Below are positions 16,223-25,998 of a stretch of 32,406 bases of DNA, piece by piece. A program made the position numbers and the translations under genes. The stretch comes from a candidate division TA06 bacterium SM23_40 (GTDB taxonomy: Bacteria > LJUI01 > SM1-40), in assembly GCA_001303705.1 (NCBI GenBank), contig LJUI01000011.1, positions 1 through 32,406 of the forward strand. Direction: 5' to 3'. The notes under the pieces were generated by a model. The model had not been told where the DNA came from and did not search any database. It saw nothing but the letters and a program-made list of their open reading frames with translations. Every line of letters begins with the position of its first letter. The stretch's first letter is position 1.

Positions 16223-17785
16223 TCAGTCCTCCCCTGGGTAGGGCGGGAGCGTCTGGTCGAAGTCGCCCACTTCGGGAAACTGCCTGAGACGGGCCATCAC
16301 TTCATTCATCATGTCGTACAGGCGCCGCCTCGTGGTGAACGACTCGCCTAGCACGACGAGTGTCGGCGTATTCGAGGAAGCACGGACGAGGAACCAACTG
16401 TCGTCTGTGAATCGAACGCGGATGCCGTTGATCGTAATGAGCTCTTTGATGAGGGCGCCGGCGATCTGCTTGCCGGCGGCGAACTCCTGTTCGTACGCGG
16501 TCCTCAGGCTGGCGACGACGTCGCGCTTCGTCTCGTCGCTGCAGTGGGGCTGCATATTGGGAGACTGATAGGAGCGGGGCAGCTCGGCGACCCACCGGGA
16601 CAGAGGTATGCCCTTCTGGGAGAGGAGCGAGGCGAAGATGAGGCCTGCAAGCGTGCCGTCGTCGTAGCCGCGCCCGTACGGAGGGCGGAAGAACATGTGG
16701 CCGCTGCGTTCGAAACCAGCCGTGGCCTCGTTGGTTCGGACGGCGGCTTTGATATAGGAGTGACCCGTCTTCTCCCAGATGATCTCGGCCCCGAGCGGCC
16801 GGAGGATCTTCTCGTACAGGTTGGTAGATTTCACGTCGACAACAAACGTCGCCGTTTCACCCCTTGATTGCACTTCGGGTAACAGGTGCTGGCCTGTGAG
16901 GACGCCGATCTTGTCGCTGAAGACTTCTTCCCCCCGGTCGTCGACGATTCCCAGACGGTCACCATCTCCGTCGATTCCTACACCCAGGTCGGCCCCAACG
17001 GCCCTCACCTTCTCCCCTATCGACTGGAGGAAGGCGATGTTCTCCGGGTTCGGGTTGTAGTTCGGGAAGTCCCAGTCGAGATTGGTGTGGATCTCGACCA
17101 CCTCGAATCCGGCCCGGCGAAAGGCCTCGGGCGTCACCAGCCCGGCAGTGCCATTGCCCGTGTTGACGACTACCTTGAGAGGGTGGGCGACACGGATCCC
17201 GGAGATGAGGTCTTCGATGTGTGCGTCCAGGATCCCGCGGACGGCCCTGAGTCGTCCGGCGCCCTCGGCAAATCTTCCTGAGTAGACGAGATCTTTGAAT
17301 TCCCCGATCTCGGGCGGCTCGAAAGTCATCGATAGCCCGTGGGCGAGCTTGATCCCGGTCCAGCCGTTCTCGTTGTGGCTGGCGGTGATCATGGCGCCGT
17401 GTGGGATGTCGAGGTGGTGCTGGGCGAAATAGAGGGCGGGAGTAGTCACGAGTCCGATGTCGACGATGTCGACACCGCTCGAGAGGAGACCGAGAGCAAA
17501 CGCGTTCTTGACGTTCTGTGAGTATGAGCGGAAGTCGTGGCCGACCAGGGCCTGAAGGGCATGGTCTTCATTGGCTGTGCGGCGGCGCATATACGTGCCG
17601 AATGCCTTTCCGAGGATCACGAAACCGCTGATGTTGATCTCGGGGGGATCCCCGATGATCCGCCAGCGCACGTCGTACTCTCGGAATCCGGTGGGGCGGA
17701 TCATCGCATAAGTGAAATAGTCGCTTGAGTTCGAGGTGACCTCGGGGCGGACCTCTATTCTGTCTCCGGGAGTGGGTTCGGTCAT
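16223..17785 (-). CDS. Phosphomannomutase/phosphoglucomutase
   Basis: GFREYDVRW, catalytic ITASHN, metal loop DGDGDR, KTGHS, GFERSGHMFF, LVRASSNTP. Likely ATG at 17785 with a GGAG RBS. Confidence 0.93.
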   Translation of the reverse strand: MTEPTPGDRIEVRPEVTSNSSDYFTYAMIRPTGFREYDVRWRIIGDPPEINISGFVILGKAFGTYMRRRTANEDHALQALVGHDFRSYSQNVKNAFALGLLSSGVDIVDIGLVTTPALYFAQHHLDIPHGAMITASHNENGWTGIKLAHGLSMTFEPPEIGEFKDLVYSGRFAEGAGRLRAVRGILDAHIEDLISGIRVAHPLKVVVNTGNGTAGLVTPEAFRRAGFEVVEIHTNLDWDFPNYNPNPENIAFLQSIGEKVRAVGADLGVGIDGDGDRLGIVDDRGEEVFSDKIGVLTGQHLLPEVQSRGETATFVVDVKSTNLYEKILRPLGAEIIWEKTGHSYIKAAVRTNEATAGFERSGHMFFRPPYGRGYDDGTLAGLIFASLLSQKGIPLSRWVAELPRSYQSPNMQPHCSDETKRDVVASLRTAYEQEFAAGKQIAGALIKELITINGIRVRFTDDSWFLVRASSNTPTLVVLGESFTTRRRLYDMMNEVMARLRQFPEVGDFDQTLPPYPGED

Positions 17786-17860
17786 CGATCTCTCCAAAAC
17801 CTTGTCGGTTAGCTTACCATCTCCGGCTGTCGTACCTCACAGATGCGCGGTGTGTCTTCG

Positions 17861-17889
17861 ATAGTAGTGAGTCAGATGGCACGTGTCAA
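17861..17889 (-). promoter_or_regulatory. Sigma70-type promoter for the phosphomannomutase gene
   Basis: Minus strand TTGACA (17889-17884), 17-nt spacer, TACTAT (17866-17861). Confidence 0.75.
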
Positions 17890-17977
17890 CCGGAGAATTG
17901 GCCATGCGGGTCGGTTCCGGGCCCTTTTCTGGCCTTGTGGGGCACCCAGGGCGAACCAATCGGGTTCTGGAACGTTA

Positions 17978-18018
17978 TTATGGGGTGACAATGAGTGCTG
18001 TTATGGGGTGAAAATGAG
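17978..18018 (+). repeat. 18-bp direct repeat upstream of the moxR-bat operon
   Basis: TTATGGGGTGACAATGAG (17978-17995) and TTATGGGGTGAAAATGAG (18001-18018); 17/18 identical, 23-bp period. Confidence 0.85.
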
Positions 18019-18096
18019 CCCTTTCCAGATGTCGACCGCACGACACCAGTATGAGTGATCCGTCGAAAGAGAGTCGGTCCGAAACAGGAGGAAGAT

Positions 18097-19086
18097 ATGG
18101 ATCAGGACATCCAGGCGATCCACGAGAAGATAGACCGCGAGAGTGCGTTCGTTGAGGCGATCCTCGCCGAGGTGGGGAAGGTCATTGTGGGGCAGCGGGC
18201 GATCATGGAGCGCCTTCTGATCGGAATACTCTCGGGCGGGCACATCCTGATTGAGGGGGTGCCCGGGCTCGCCAAGACGCTTGCGGTGAAAACGCTCTCG
18301 GATACTATCGAGACGAAGTTTCAGAGGATTCAGTTCACACCGGATCTTCTCCCGGCCGACCTCATCGGCACGATGATCTTTAACCAGGAGAAGGGAGACT
18401 TCACTCCCAAGAAGGGACCTATCTTCGCCAATATCATCCTGGCCGACGAGATCAACCGCGCGCCCGCTAAGGTGCAGAGTGCGCTGCTCGAGGCGATGCA
18501 GGAGCGCCAGGTGACAATTGGCGAGACGACCTTTCCACTCGACGAGCCGTTCCTCGTCCTCGCCACCCAGAACCCGATCGAGCAGGAAGGGACCTACCCC
18601 CTTCCCGAGGCGCAGGTCGACCGGTTCATGCTGAAGCTCAAGATCGATTACCCGACAAGGAAGGAAGAACGCGAGATCATCGAACGCATGACCAGCACAT
18701 CAATACCGACCCCTGATCCGGTGGTGAAGCCCGAACGAATCATCAAGGCCAGGTCCGTCGTAGGTGAAGTTTATGTAGACGACCGGATCAAGGAGTATAT
18801 CCTTGATATCGTCTTCGCCACACGCCAGCCCGATGCCCATGGAGTCAAGGGCCTGGAGGGATTCATCGAGTACGGAGCATCCCCTCGAGCGTCCATCTAC
18901 CTCACTATCGCGGCCAAAGCACACAGCTTCCTGCGGCGGCGAGGATACGTAACGCCCGAAGATGTGAAGGCGATTGGGATGGACGTGCTCCGTCACCGCA
19001 TCATCCTCACCTATGAGGCTGAGGCCGAGAACATGACGACAGAGGATGTTATCCAGCAGATATTCGACACGGTCGAGGTACCGTGA
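18097..19086 (+). CDS. moxR: MoxR family AAA+ ATPase
   Basis: ATG 18097 after AGGAGG. EGVPGLAKT, RIQFTPDLLPAD, LADEINRAPAKVQSALLEAMQE, ATQNPIEQEGTYPLPEAQVDRF, GASPRA. Confidence 0.96.
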   Translation: MDQDIQAIHEKIDRESAFVEAILAEVGKVIVGQRAIMERLLIGILSGGHILIEGVPGLAKTLAVKTLSDTIETKFQRIQFTPDLLPADLIGTMIFNQEKGDFTPKKGPIFANIILADEINRAPAKVQSALLEAMQERQVTIGETTFPLDEPFLVLATQNPIEQEGTYPLPEAQVDRFMLKLKIDYPTRKEEREIIERMTSTSIPTPDPVVKPERIIKARSVVGEVYVDDRIKEYILDIVFATRQPDAHGVKGLEGFIEYGASPRASIYLTIAAKAHSFLRRRGYVTPEDVKAIGMDVLRHRIILTYEAEAENMTTEDVIQQIFDTVEVP

Positions 19087-19107
19087 GATCATGCGGGGTT
19101 ACAGCCG

Positions 19108-19986
19108 ATGCTGCCGAGTGAGATCATCCAGAAGATCCGGAGAATCGAGATCCGCACGAAACGTCTGGTGGACGATGTCTTCGGCGGCGAGTACCACTCG
19201 ACGTTCAAGGGTCGCGGCATGGAGTTCAGCGAGGTGCGAGAGTACCTCCCGGGAGATGACGTGAGGACGATCGATTGGAACGTCACCGCCCGCACAGGTC
19301 ACCCTCACGTGAAGAAGTATGTCGAGGAGCGGGAACTGACGATCATGCTCCTTGTCGATGCGAGCTCATCGCTCCATTTCGGGTCGGGGGAACGATCGAA
19401 GGGAGAGGTGGCAGCCGAGATATGCGCGCTTCTTGCCTTCTCGGCCATCCGGAACAACGACCGGGTGGGCCTCATCATCTTCACCGACGTCGTGGAGAAG
19501 TACATCCCTCCCAGAAAGGGGAGGAACCACGTGCTGCGGGTGATACGGGAGCTCCTCTACTTCCGGCCGCAGCATGAGGGGACTGACATCTCAGCGGCAC
19601 TCGAGTTCCTGCGGCGGGTGATGAGGAAACGGTGTGTCGCCTTCCTCGTTTCGGATTTCTTCGCCAGCGGGTATGAGCGCGCGCTGATGATCGTGAGCAA
19701 GCGGCACGATCTGATCGCCATCTCGATCATTGACCGGAGGGAGATGGAGATGGCCCCGGTGGGGCTTGTCGAGCTCGAAGATCTGGAGACCGGAGAGTCG
19801 GTCCTCGCGGATACGAGCGACGCCCGTGGCCGGCGCGCCTACGGCCTGATGGCCGCGTCGCGGGCCGCCCGGCGGCAGAGCCTCTTTCGGTCAATCGATG
19901 TCGATGAGATCGAGATTGCCGCCGGAGCCTCCTACGTCGATCCGCTCGTCCGGTTCTTCCACATGCGGGAGCGGCGGTACCGATGA
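19108..19986 (+). CDS. DUF58 domain protein (vWA-like MoxR partner)
   Basis: GEYHSTFKGRGMEFSEVREYLPGDDVRTIDWNVTAR, EEREL, DASSS, SDF. Confidence 0.93.
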   Translation: MLPSEIIQKIRRIEIRTKRLVDDVFGGEYHSTFKGRGMEFSEVREYLPGDDVRTIDWNVTARTGHPHVKKYVEERELTIMLLVDASSSLHFGSGERSKGEVAAEICALLAFSAIRNNDRVGLIIFTDVVEKYIPPRKGRNHVLRVIRELLYFRPQHEGTDISAALEFLRRVMRKRCVAFLVSDFFASGYERALMIVSKRHDLIAISIIDRREMEMAPVGLVELEDLETGESVLADTSDARGRRAYGLMAASRAARRQSLFRSIDVDEIEIAAGASYVDPLVRFFHMRERRYR

Positions 19987-20139
19987 CGGCAGGGTCGCAC
20001 AGGCGATGGCGGTATCATAACGGAGGTGCCGCCGGCAGCGGGTCCGATACGAGAGTCGGGCGACGAGCACAATCGTGAGGAGCGAATCTGTGTGGCGGCG
20101 GGTCGCGGGCACGTGACAGAGGGAGATAGCGGGGAGCAG

Positions 20140-21243
20140 ATGGGCAGTCCGAAAGTCATCATACTTTTGTCGGTGGTCATTGGGGTTCTGTTCGCCGCGG
20201 GAGGATGCACCTCCCCGGGAGTGCCGGGGGGGGGATCGCCCCAGACGGAGCAGGAAAGCTCTGCCGCCCCGGGAGGCCTGGCCCCCGGCGGATCGGTACT
20301 CCCCGATACGGGTCTTGGCCGCGCCGAAGGCGTCACCCTCCAGGCAAGTGTCGACACATCTCGGGTCACTGTGGGAGATCCCATTACCTATATCCTTACG
20401 CTGACAAGGCCGGCGGCCTCAGAAGCCATCATCCCGGCGCCGGATTCTGCGCTCGGCAAGTTCGAGGTGCGGAAGTGGGAGCAGCTTCCCGAGGAGGTGC
20501 TGGCAGACGGGCGGGTCACCGACGGCAGAGAGTGCGTGCTGTCATGCTTTGAGATAGGGGAGCAGGAGATACCTCCCCTGGAGATCGGGCTGATCAGTGT
20601 TGCCGGGGAGACCACAGCTCTCAGGACGCTTCCTGTGCCGATCGTTGTACAGCGCATCAGCCCGGCGGATGCCGAAGAGATCAAGGACATCAAAGAGTTG
20701 ATCTATCCGCCGAGACGGTTTCCCCTCCGCCAGGTGCTCATTGGACTTCTCGCCGTGGGCCTCGCTGCTGGGGCAGTCCTCTCGTTCAGGCGCCGTGGGC
20801 TGTTCGCTCCCCAAGAGGAGGGGCCAGCTCCTCCATCGCTCCCTCCTCACGAGATCGCCTATCATGACCTTGAGCGGATCGCGGGCCTCGATCTGGTGGA
20901 GCGGGGGCTGTACAAGGCGTACTACACCGAAGTGTCGGAGGTTATCAGAAGGTATATCGGCGGGAGATATGGCATTGCGACCATGGAGCTGACGACGGGC
21001 GAACTCCTTGCGAGCATGAGGCAGATCGAGGTGGAGCGCGAGTACATCGTCCTGTTCGGCCAGTTCCTTGCTCGGTGCGACCTCGTCAAATTCGCCAAGT
21101 TCCTTCCGCCGCGGGAGGAGATGAAGGCGGAGGTCCATCGAGCACGAGAGCTTGTCGATGCGACACGGGTCGTGGAACCGGGGCCGGAGCCTGAGGCACT
21201 GGAGGTTGCATCCAGCTCCCGTTCCGGGGAGGTTCAGGCATGA
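20140..21243 (+). CDS. Bat-operon membrane protein (BatD-like Ig domain, TM helix, C-terminal helical domain), possible lipoprotein
   Basis: ATG 20140 after GGGGAG. Hydrophobic N-terminus ending AGG-C; ASVD...VGDPITY; IKDIK; TM helix; PHEIA..L, YYTEVSEVIRRYI, ELTTGE, DLVKFAK. Occupies the usual slot between DUF58 and batA. Confidence 0.8.
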   Translation: MGSPKVIILLSVVIGVLFAAGGCTSPGVPGGGSPQTEQESSAAPGGLAPGGSVLPDTGLGRAEGVTLQASVDTSRVTVGDPITYILTLTRPAASEAIIPAPDSALGKFEVRKWEQLPEEVLADGRVTDGRECVLSCFEIGEQEIPPLEIGLISVAGETTALRTLPVPIVVQRISPADAEEIKDIKELIYPPRRFPLRQVLIGLLAVGLAAGAVLSFRRRGLFAPQEEGPAPPSLPPHEIAYHDLERIAGLDLVERGLYKAYYTEVSEVIRRYIGGRYGIATMELTTGELLASMRQIEVEREYIVLFGQFLARCDLVKFAKFLPPREEMKAEVHRARELVDATRVVEPGPEPEALEVASSSRSGEVQA

Positions 21244-22229
21244 GATTCGCTGCACCGTGGTTCCTCCTGTTGCTGGTCATCATCCCGCCGCTGGTCTGGT
21301 GGCACCTCAGGGGGAGGGTAGGCAGGGGGCCGAGCCTTCAGTTCTCAGCAGTCTCGACCCTCGGCCGGACAGAGGGGTATCGCGTCGTTGCGCATCGGTA
21401 CGGGCTCTTCTCCCTGAGAGTGGCCGCGCTCCTGCTCATCATCGTGGCGCTCGCCAGGCCGCAGTTTGGATCGCGGTTCGAGGAGATCGTCACCGAGGGT
21501 ATCGACATTGTGCTCGCGCTCGATGTCTCGACGAGTATGAAGGCAGAGGATTTCCAGCCGCTCAACCGGCTGAACGTAGCCAAGGAGGTAGCCAAGCAGT
21601 TCATCGAGGGACGGCGCAACGACCGGATCGGCATGGTCGTCTTCGCCGCGAAGAGCATCACCCAGTGTCCCCTCACCCTCGACTACGGCGTGCTCCTCTC
21701 TCTTCTCGACGGTATCGACTTCGGGATGATCGAGGACGGCACTGCGATCGGGATGGGATTGGGCACTTGCCTGGCCAGGCTCCGCGAGTCGGAGGCGAAG
21801 AGCAAGATCATCATCCTCCTCACCGATGGGGTGAACAACCGGGGGCAGATCGATCCGCTGACCGCGGCGCAGATGGCGAGGACTCTCGGCGTCAAGATCT
21901 ACGCGATAGGAGCCGGAACAAGGGGAACTGCGCCCTATCCTGTCGATGACGGTATCTTTGGGAAGCGGTATGTGCAGGTGCCGGTTGAGCTCGATGAAGA
22001 GATGCTGACTGAGGTGGCGGCCATCACTGGTGGGCGGTACTTCCGGGCCACGGATGCCCATCGGCTCGAGGAGATATATGAGGAGATAAGCGAGATGGAG
22101 AAGACGAGGATCGAGTCGAGGGAGTATGTCGAGTACTCTGAGCGCTTCCGATGGCTCGCGATCCCGGCCCTCGTCCTCATCCTTGCTGAAGTGGTCCTCT
22201 CGAACACTATCTTGAGGAAGATACCCTAG
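21240..22229 (+). CDS. batA: BatA, vWA domain membrane protein
   Basis: MRFAAPWFLLLL, ALARPQ, MIDAS DVSTSM, PLTLDY, DGTAIG, LLTDGVNN, TGGRYFRA. Confidence 0.92.
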   Translation: MRFAAPWFLLLLVIIPPLVWWHLRGRVGRGPSLQFSAVSTLGRTEGYRVVAHRYGLFSLRVAALLLIIVALARPQFGSRFEEIVTEGIDIVLALDVSTSMKAEDFQPLNRLNVAKEVAKQFIEGRRNDRIGMVVFAAKSITQCPLTLDYGVLLSLLDGIDFGMIEDGTAIGMGLGTCLARLRESEAKSKIIILLTDGVNNRGQIDPLTAAQMARTLGVKIYAIGAGTRGTAPYPVDDGIFGKRYVQVPVELDEEMLTEVAAITGGRYFRATDAHRLEEIYEEISEMEKTRIESREYVEYSERFRWLAIPALVLILAEVVLSNTILRKIP

Positions 22230-22238
22230 GAGAAGATC

Positions 22239-24044
22239 GTGCGCTTTGCCCAAGAAGCATATCTCTGGCTATTGCTGCTCGTCCCCGCGCTGGGCGTTCT
22301 CTATCTCGTCGCATCGCTGTTGAGACGCCGGGCTCTGGAGCGATTCGGGGATGTGGGGATGCTCTCGAGGCTAACGGGATCGGTGAGCCGATCGAGGCGC
22401 CGCCTGAAGGCGGTAGTCGTGATTGCCGGCTTCGCATTCCTCGCCCTCGCGCTCGCCCGGCCGCAGTACGGGAGCAAGCTGGAAATGGTGCAGCGGAAGG
22501 GCGTCGACCTCATCATTGCTCTGGACGCGTCGGCGAGCATGCTGGCCGAGGATGTTCCACCTAACCGGATCGAGTTCGCCAAGCACGAGATGGCCGGCCT
22601 CATCCGACGGCTGCGGGGCGATCGGGTCGGGATCATCGTCTTTGCGGGCGATGCGTTTGTTCAGTGTCCACTCACTCTGGACTACGGCGCGGCGCGGATG
22701 TTCATCGGTCAGATCGGTGTCGGGACCGTGCTCCGTCCGGGGACGAACGTCGGCAGGGCGATCGAGGTGGCGATTACCGCGTTCGGCTCGGAGAGGCGGA
22801 AGTCGAAGGTTCTCGTGCTGCTCACCGATGGAGAGGATCTGGAGGCGGGGGCGGTGAGTCGGGCAGAGCGCGCGGCTCGGGAGGGGATACGGATCTACAC
22901 GGTCGGCATCGGGTCCGGGGAGGGAGTGCCGATTCCGGTGCGTGGCGAGTCGGGCGAACTGGTCGAATATAAGAAGGATCGCAGCGGGGAAATGGTGATG
23001 TCCCGTCTCGACGAGATGACGCTGAAGCGCGTGGGGCGCGCGGCTGGCGGGTCCTACTTCCGTGCTACATTCGAGGAGAGTGAGCTCGATGACCTGTACC
23101 GTCAGCTCGCTGCCATGGAGCAGGCAGAGCAGGGCTCACTTGAGTACACTCAGTTCGAGGATCGATTTCAGTATGTGCTCGCGCTCGCCCTCCTCTTGTT
23201 CGTTGTGGAAGTAGTGGTGAGCGATCGCCGGAGGGGGACGGGCCGTTCACTGTTGCTGCCGGTGCTCGCCCTGGTCATCTGGGCCGCGCCCGGGTGGGCA
23301 GACGCCGAGAGGAAAATGCGCCAGGGGAACGCCCTCTATGAGCACGAGGAGTACGACGAGGCGATCCGTGTGTACCGGGAGGCGCAACTCGAGGCTCCCG
23401 ACTCCAGGGAGTTGCGCTATAATATCGGGAATGCGCTGTATCGCAAGGGGACGTTCGATCAGGCGGTCGATGAATATGAGGGAGCGGCAAGGGCAGCCGA
23501 CGAGTCGCTGCAGGAGAAGGCCGCCTATAATATCGGTAACGCCAGGTTCAGGGGCCAGCAGTACCGTGAGGCGATCGAGGCCTACAAGCAGGCACTCAGG
23601 CTCGATCCGGGCGATCTCGATGCCAAGTTCAATCTGGAACTTGCACAGGATCGGCTGCAACAGATGATGGAGCAGCAACAGCAACAACAGGAGCAGCGGC
23701 AACAGCAGCAACAGGAACAGCAGGGGGAGCAGCAACAAGAGGAGCGGGGGGAGTCGGAAGAGGGCCGGGAAGGCGAGGAGGAGCGACATCAGGATGAGCA
23801 GCAGCGGGAAGAGAAGGAGCAGAAAGAGGATGAGCAGAAACAGGAGGAGGAGGAACGGCGAGAATCTGCTCCTGACGAACAGCGCGAGGAGGAGACCCAG
23901 AGGCCCGAGCTGAGGGAGGGCGAGTTGTCTCGGGATGAGGTGGAGCGGTTGCTGGATGCGCTTCAGGAACAGGAGGCGAAGGTCCGCGAGGAGATGATGA
24001 AAGAGCGGGCAGGGGGTGAGGGGCGGATCGATCGGGACTGGTAG
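22239..24044 (+). CDS. batB: BatB (vWA) fused to BatC (TPR + Q/E-rich tail)
   Basis: ALARPQYG, DASASMLAED..PNR, LLTDGED; then TPRs (YNIGNALYRKG, YNIGNARFRGQQY..AIEAYKQALR..P.D.DAKFNLE), a Q/E low-complexity tract and terminal RDW. Confidence 0.88.
   Translation: MRFAQEAYLWLLLLVPALGVLYLVASLLRRRALERFGDVGMLSRLTGSVSRSRRRLKAVVVIAGFAFLALALARPQYGSKLEMVQRKGVDLIIALDASASMLAEDVPPNRIEFAKHEMAGLIRRLRGDRVGIIVFAGDAFVQCPLTLDYGAARMFIGQIGVGTVLRPGTNVGRAIEVAITAFGSERRKSKVLVLLTDGEDLEAGAVSRAERAAREGIRIYTVGIGSGEGVPIPVRGESGELVEYKKDRSGEMVMSRLDEMTLKRVGRAAGGSYFRATFEESELDDLYRQLAAMEQAEQGSLEYTQFEDRFQYVLALALLLFVVEVVVSDRRRGTGRSLLLPVLALVIWAAPGWADAERKMRQGNALYEHEEYDEAIRVYREAQLEAPDSRELRYNIGNALYRKGTFDQAVDEYEGAARAADESLQEKAAYNIGNARFRGQQYREAIEAYKQALRLDPGDLDAKFNLELAQDRLQQMMEQQQQQQEQRQQQQQEQQGEQQQEERGESEEGREGEEERHQDEQQREEKEQKEDEQKQEEEERRESAPDEQREEETQRPELREGELSRDEVERLLDALQEQEAKVREEMMKERAGGEGRIDRDW
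23671..23890 (+). repeat. CAG/CAA/GAG low-complexity coding tract (BatC Q/E linker)
   Basis: Encodes EQQQQQQEQRQQQQQEQQGEQQQEERGESEEG... Confidence 0.8.
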
Positions 24045-24105
24045 GTCGGTGGCCTGGCGGACCGGCGACGAACGAGGAGGGAGGATAGAAGGGGGCCGTG
24101 GGAAG

Positions 24106-25998
24106 ATGGGGAAGAACGGATCGAGAAACATGAGAAATATGAGACTGCGTAGGGTCGAGAAGTGCTCATCCGCCCTTCTGATGCTTATCGCACTCATCGG
24201 TGTAGTAGTTCTCATCCCCTGTTCGGCGGGAGCCGAGGAGCTTACGTTCCTGGCCTCGGTCGATCGCACGCGGGTGGGGCTGGATGATCTCTTCACCCTC
24301 ACAGTCTCGATCTCGGGGACTGATGTAGGGGGGATTGGCGAGCCGGCCCTCCCCTCGCTGGAGGAGTTCGAGATACTGGGGAGGAATTCGTCGACGTCGA
24401 CCCAGTTCAGCTTCGTCAATGGGAGGATGAGCTCGTCGAAGACGATCGATTTCATCTATACGCTCAGGGCCACAGAAGTCGGGACGCACACGATCGCTCC
24501 TGTAGAGCTGGAGTTCAGAGGCGAGGCCTATCGGTCCGACCCCATGACGATCGAGGTGGTGGAAGGTTCTATCGCCGGAGGCGGGGGGCAGCGCGGCACG
24601 CCCCCGTCCAGGAGACAGTACGGCGCCCCGATGACCGCAACTGACATCGGAGACAATCTGCTCATCCGGGCCACCGTCGATAGACGACGAGCATATGTTG
24701 GGGAACAGATAACTATCGCCTACGCACTGGCAGCACGGGTGCCGCTCACCAATCTGCGGTACGCTCAGATTCCGAGCTACTCGGGCTTCTGGGCTGAGGA
24801 GTTGTACAACGCTGAAGAGCTCAAGTTCGAGCAACAGATCATCGACGGTAAGCGCTATGACGTGGCCCTGCTCAAGCGCATTGCCCTATTCCCGAGCGCA
24901 GTCGGAGAGTTCACTCTCGATCCCCTCCAGATGCACTGCGACGTTCGCATCAGGACGGGAGACTCGTTCTTCGACATATGGGGGAGGACGGAGACGTTCA
25001 CCATAGAGAGTAACCCGGTGACGATCAGGGTGGATCCGCTCCCCTCTGAGAACGTGCCTCCGGAATTCGCTGGTTCCGTGGGCCAGTTCATGTTCACTGT
25101 GACCACTGACAAAGACAGAGCAAAGGTGGGCGAGGCGGTCAACCTTGATGTGAAGGTGAGCGGATCGGGTAACATCAAGACGCTCAGGGTGCCGGAGCTC
25201 CCTCCGCTCACTGGAATCGAGCAGTACGAGCCAGAGGTCGAAGAGACGAGCCGCGAGGTCGGCGGGGTCCTCCAGGGGGCCAAGACAAACCGCTACGTTC
25301 TCGTCCCCAAGCGGGAGGGATCGCTTGAGATCGGGGCGATGAGGTTCGCCTACTTCGACCCGGGAGCGGAATCGTACCGCCTCCTAACAACTGATCCCAT
25401 CGTACTCGACGTCCAGCCGGGCGAGGTTCTCCTCTCCTCCCGGACCGACATGCGCAGCGGTGTGGCGATGGTGGGTGCCGACATCCGCCACATCAAACCG
25501 GACCTGCCTCATCTGTCGCGCCAGGGTGAGGATCTGTACCGCAACGGAGCATTCATCGCTCTGCAGTTCCTCCCCCTCATAGCACTTGCCCTCGGGATCG
25601 CCTTTCGACGACATCAGGATCGGATGAGCCAGGATCTTGCTTATGCACGGCTGAGGCGTGCGCACAGACTGGCGCAACGGAGACTGAAGAGAGCCAGGGC
25701 GCTCGTGGCGTCGGGCGACGTGGAGGAGTTCCACGGCGCTGTTTCGAAGGCTCTTCTCGGTTATGTGAGCGATAGGCTCAACCGGTCTGCAGCCGGGCTC
25801 ACTAGCACCCAACTGGTGGACGAGTTGCGAGACCGAAGCACTCCCGAAGGGACGGTATCGAGGCTCATCGAGATCCTGGCGGAATGCGATTACGGGCGAT
25901 TCGCCCCTTCACGGCCCTCTAGTGAGGAGATGGAGGCGACGATCGCCCGCGCGGAGGAGGCCATCGTCATGATGGAGAGAGGTATTAGACGTGGGTAG
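24106..25998 (+). CDS. batD: BatD family protein
   Basis: Signal peptide; ASVDRTRVGLDD; repeated beta domains (AYVGEQI, FAGSVGQF, SGSGNIK, FAYFDP); DIRHIK; C-terminal TM helix and ..RFAP. Start uncertain (24106-24139). Confidence 0.88.
   Translation: MGKNGSRNMRNMRLRRVEKCSSALLMLIALIGVVVLIPCSAGAEELTFLASVDRTRVGLDDLFTLTVSISGTDVGGIGEPALPSLEEFEILGRNSSTSTQFSFVNGRMSSSKTIDFIYTLRATEVGTHTIAPVELEFRGEAYRSDPMTIEVVEGSIAGGGGQRGTPPSRRQYGAPMTATDIGDNLLIRATVDRRRAYVGEQITIAYALAARVPLTNLRYAQIPSYSGFWAEELYNAEELKFEQQIIDGKRYDVALLKRIALFPSAVGEFTLDPLQMHCDVRIRTGDSFFDIWGRTETFTIESNPVTIRVDPLPSENVPPEFAGSVGQFMFTVTTDKDRAKVGEAVNLDVKVSGSGNIKTLRVPELPPLTGIEQYEPEVEETSREVGGVLQGAKTNRYVLVPKREGSLEIGAMRFAYFDPGAESYRLLTTDPIVLDVQPGEVLLSSRTDMRSGVAMVGADIRHIKPDLPHLSRQGEDLYRNGAFIALQFLPLIALALGIAFRRHQDRMSQDLAYARLRRAHRLAQRRLKRARALVASGDVEEFHGAVSKALLGYVSDRLNRSAAGLTSTQLVDELRDRSTPEGTVSRLIEILAECDYGRFAPSRPSSEEMEATIARAEEAIVMMERGIRRG

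Noticed and set aside
17953..17967. LexA SOS box
   Set aside because: The spacing is GAAC-N7-GTTC, not the Gram-positive GAAC-N4-GTTC or the alphaproteobacterial direct repeat.
23247..24455. 402-aa Leu-rich minus-strand ORF
   Set aside because: The poly-Leu is the reverse complement of the CAG/GAG tract in batB-batC.
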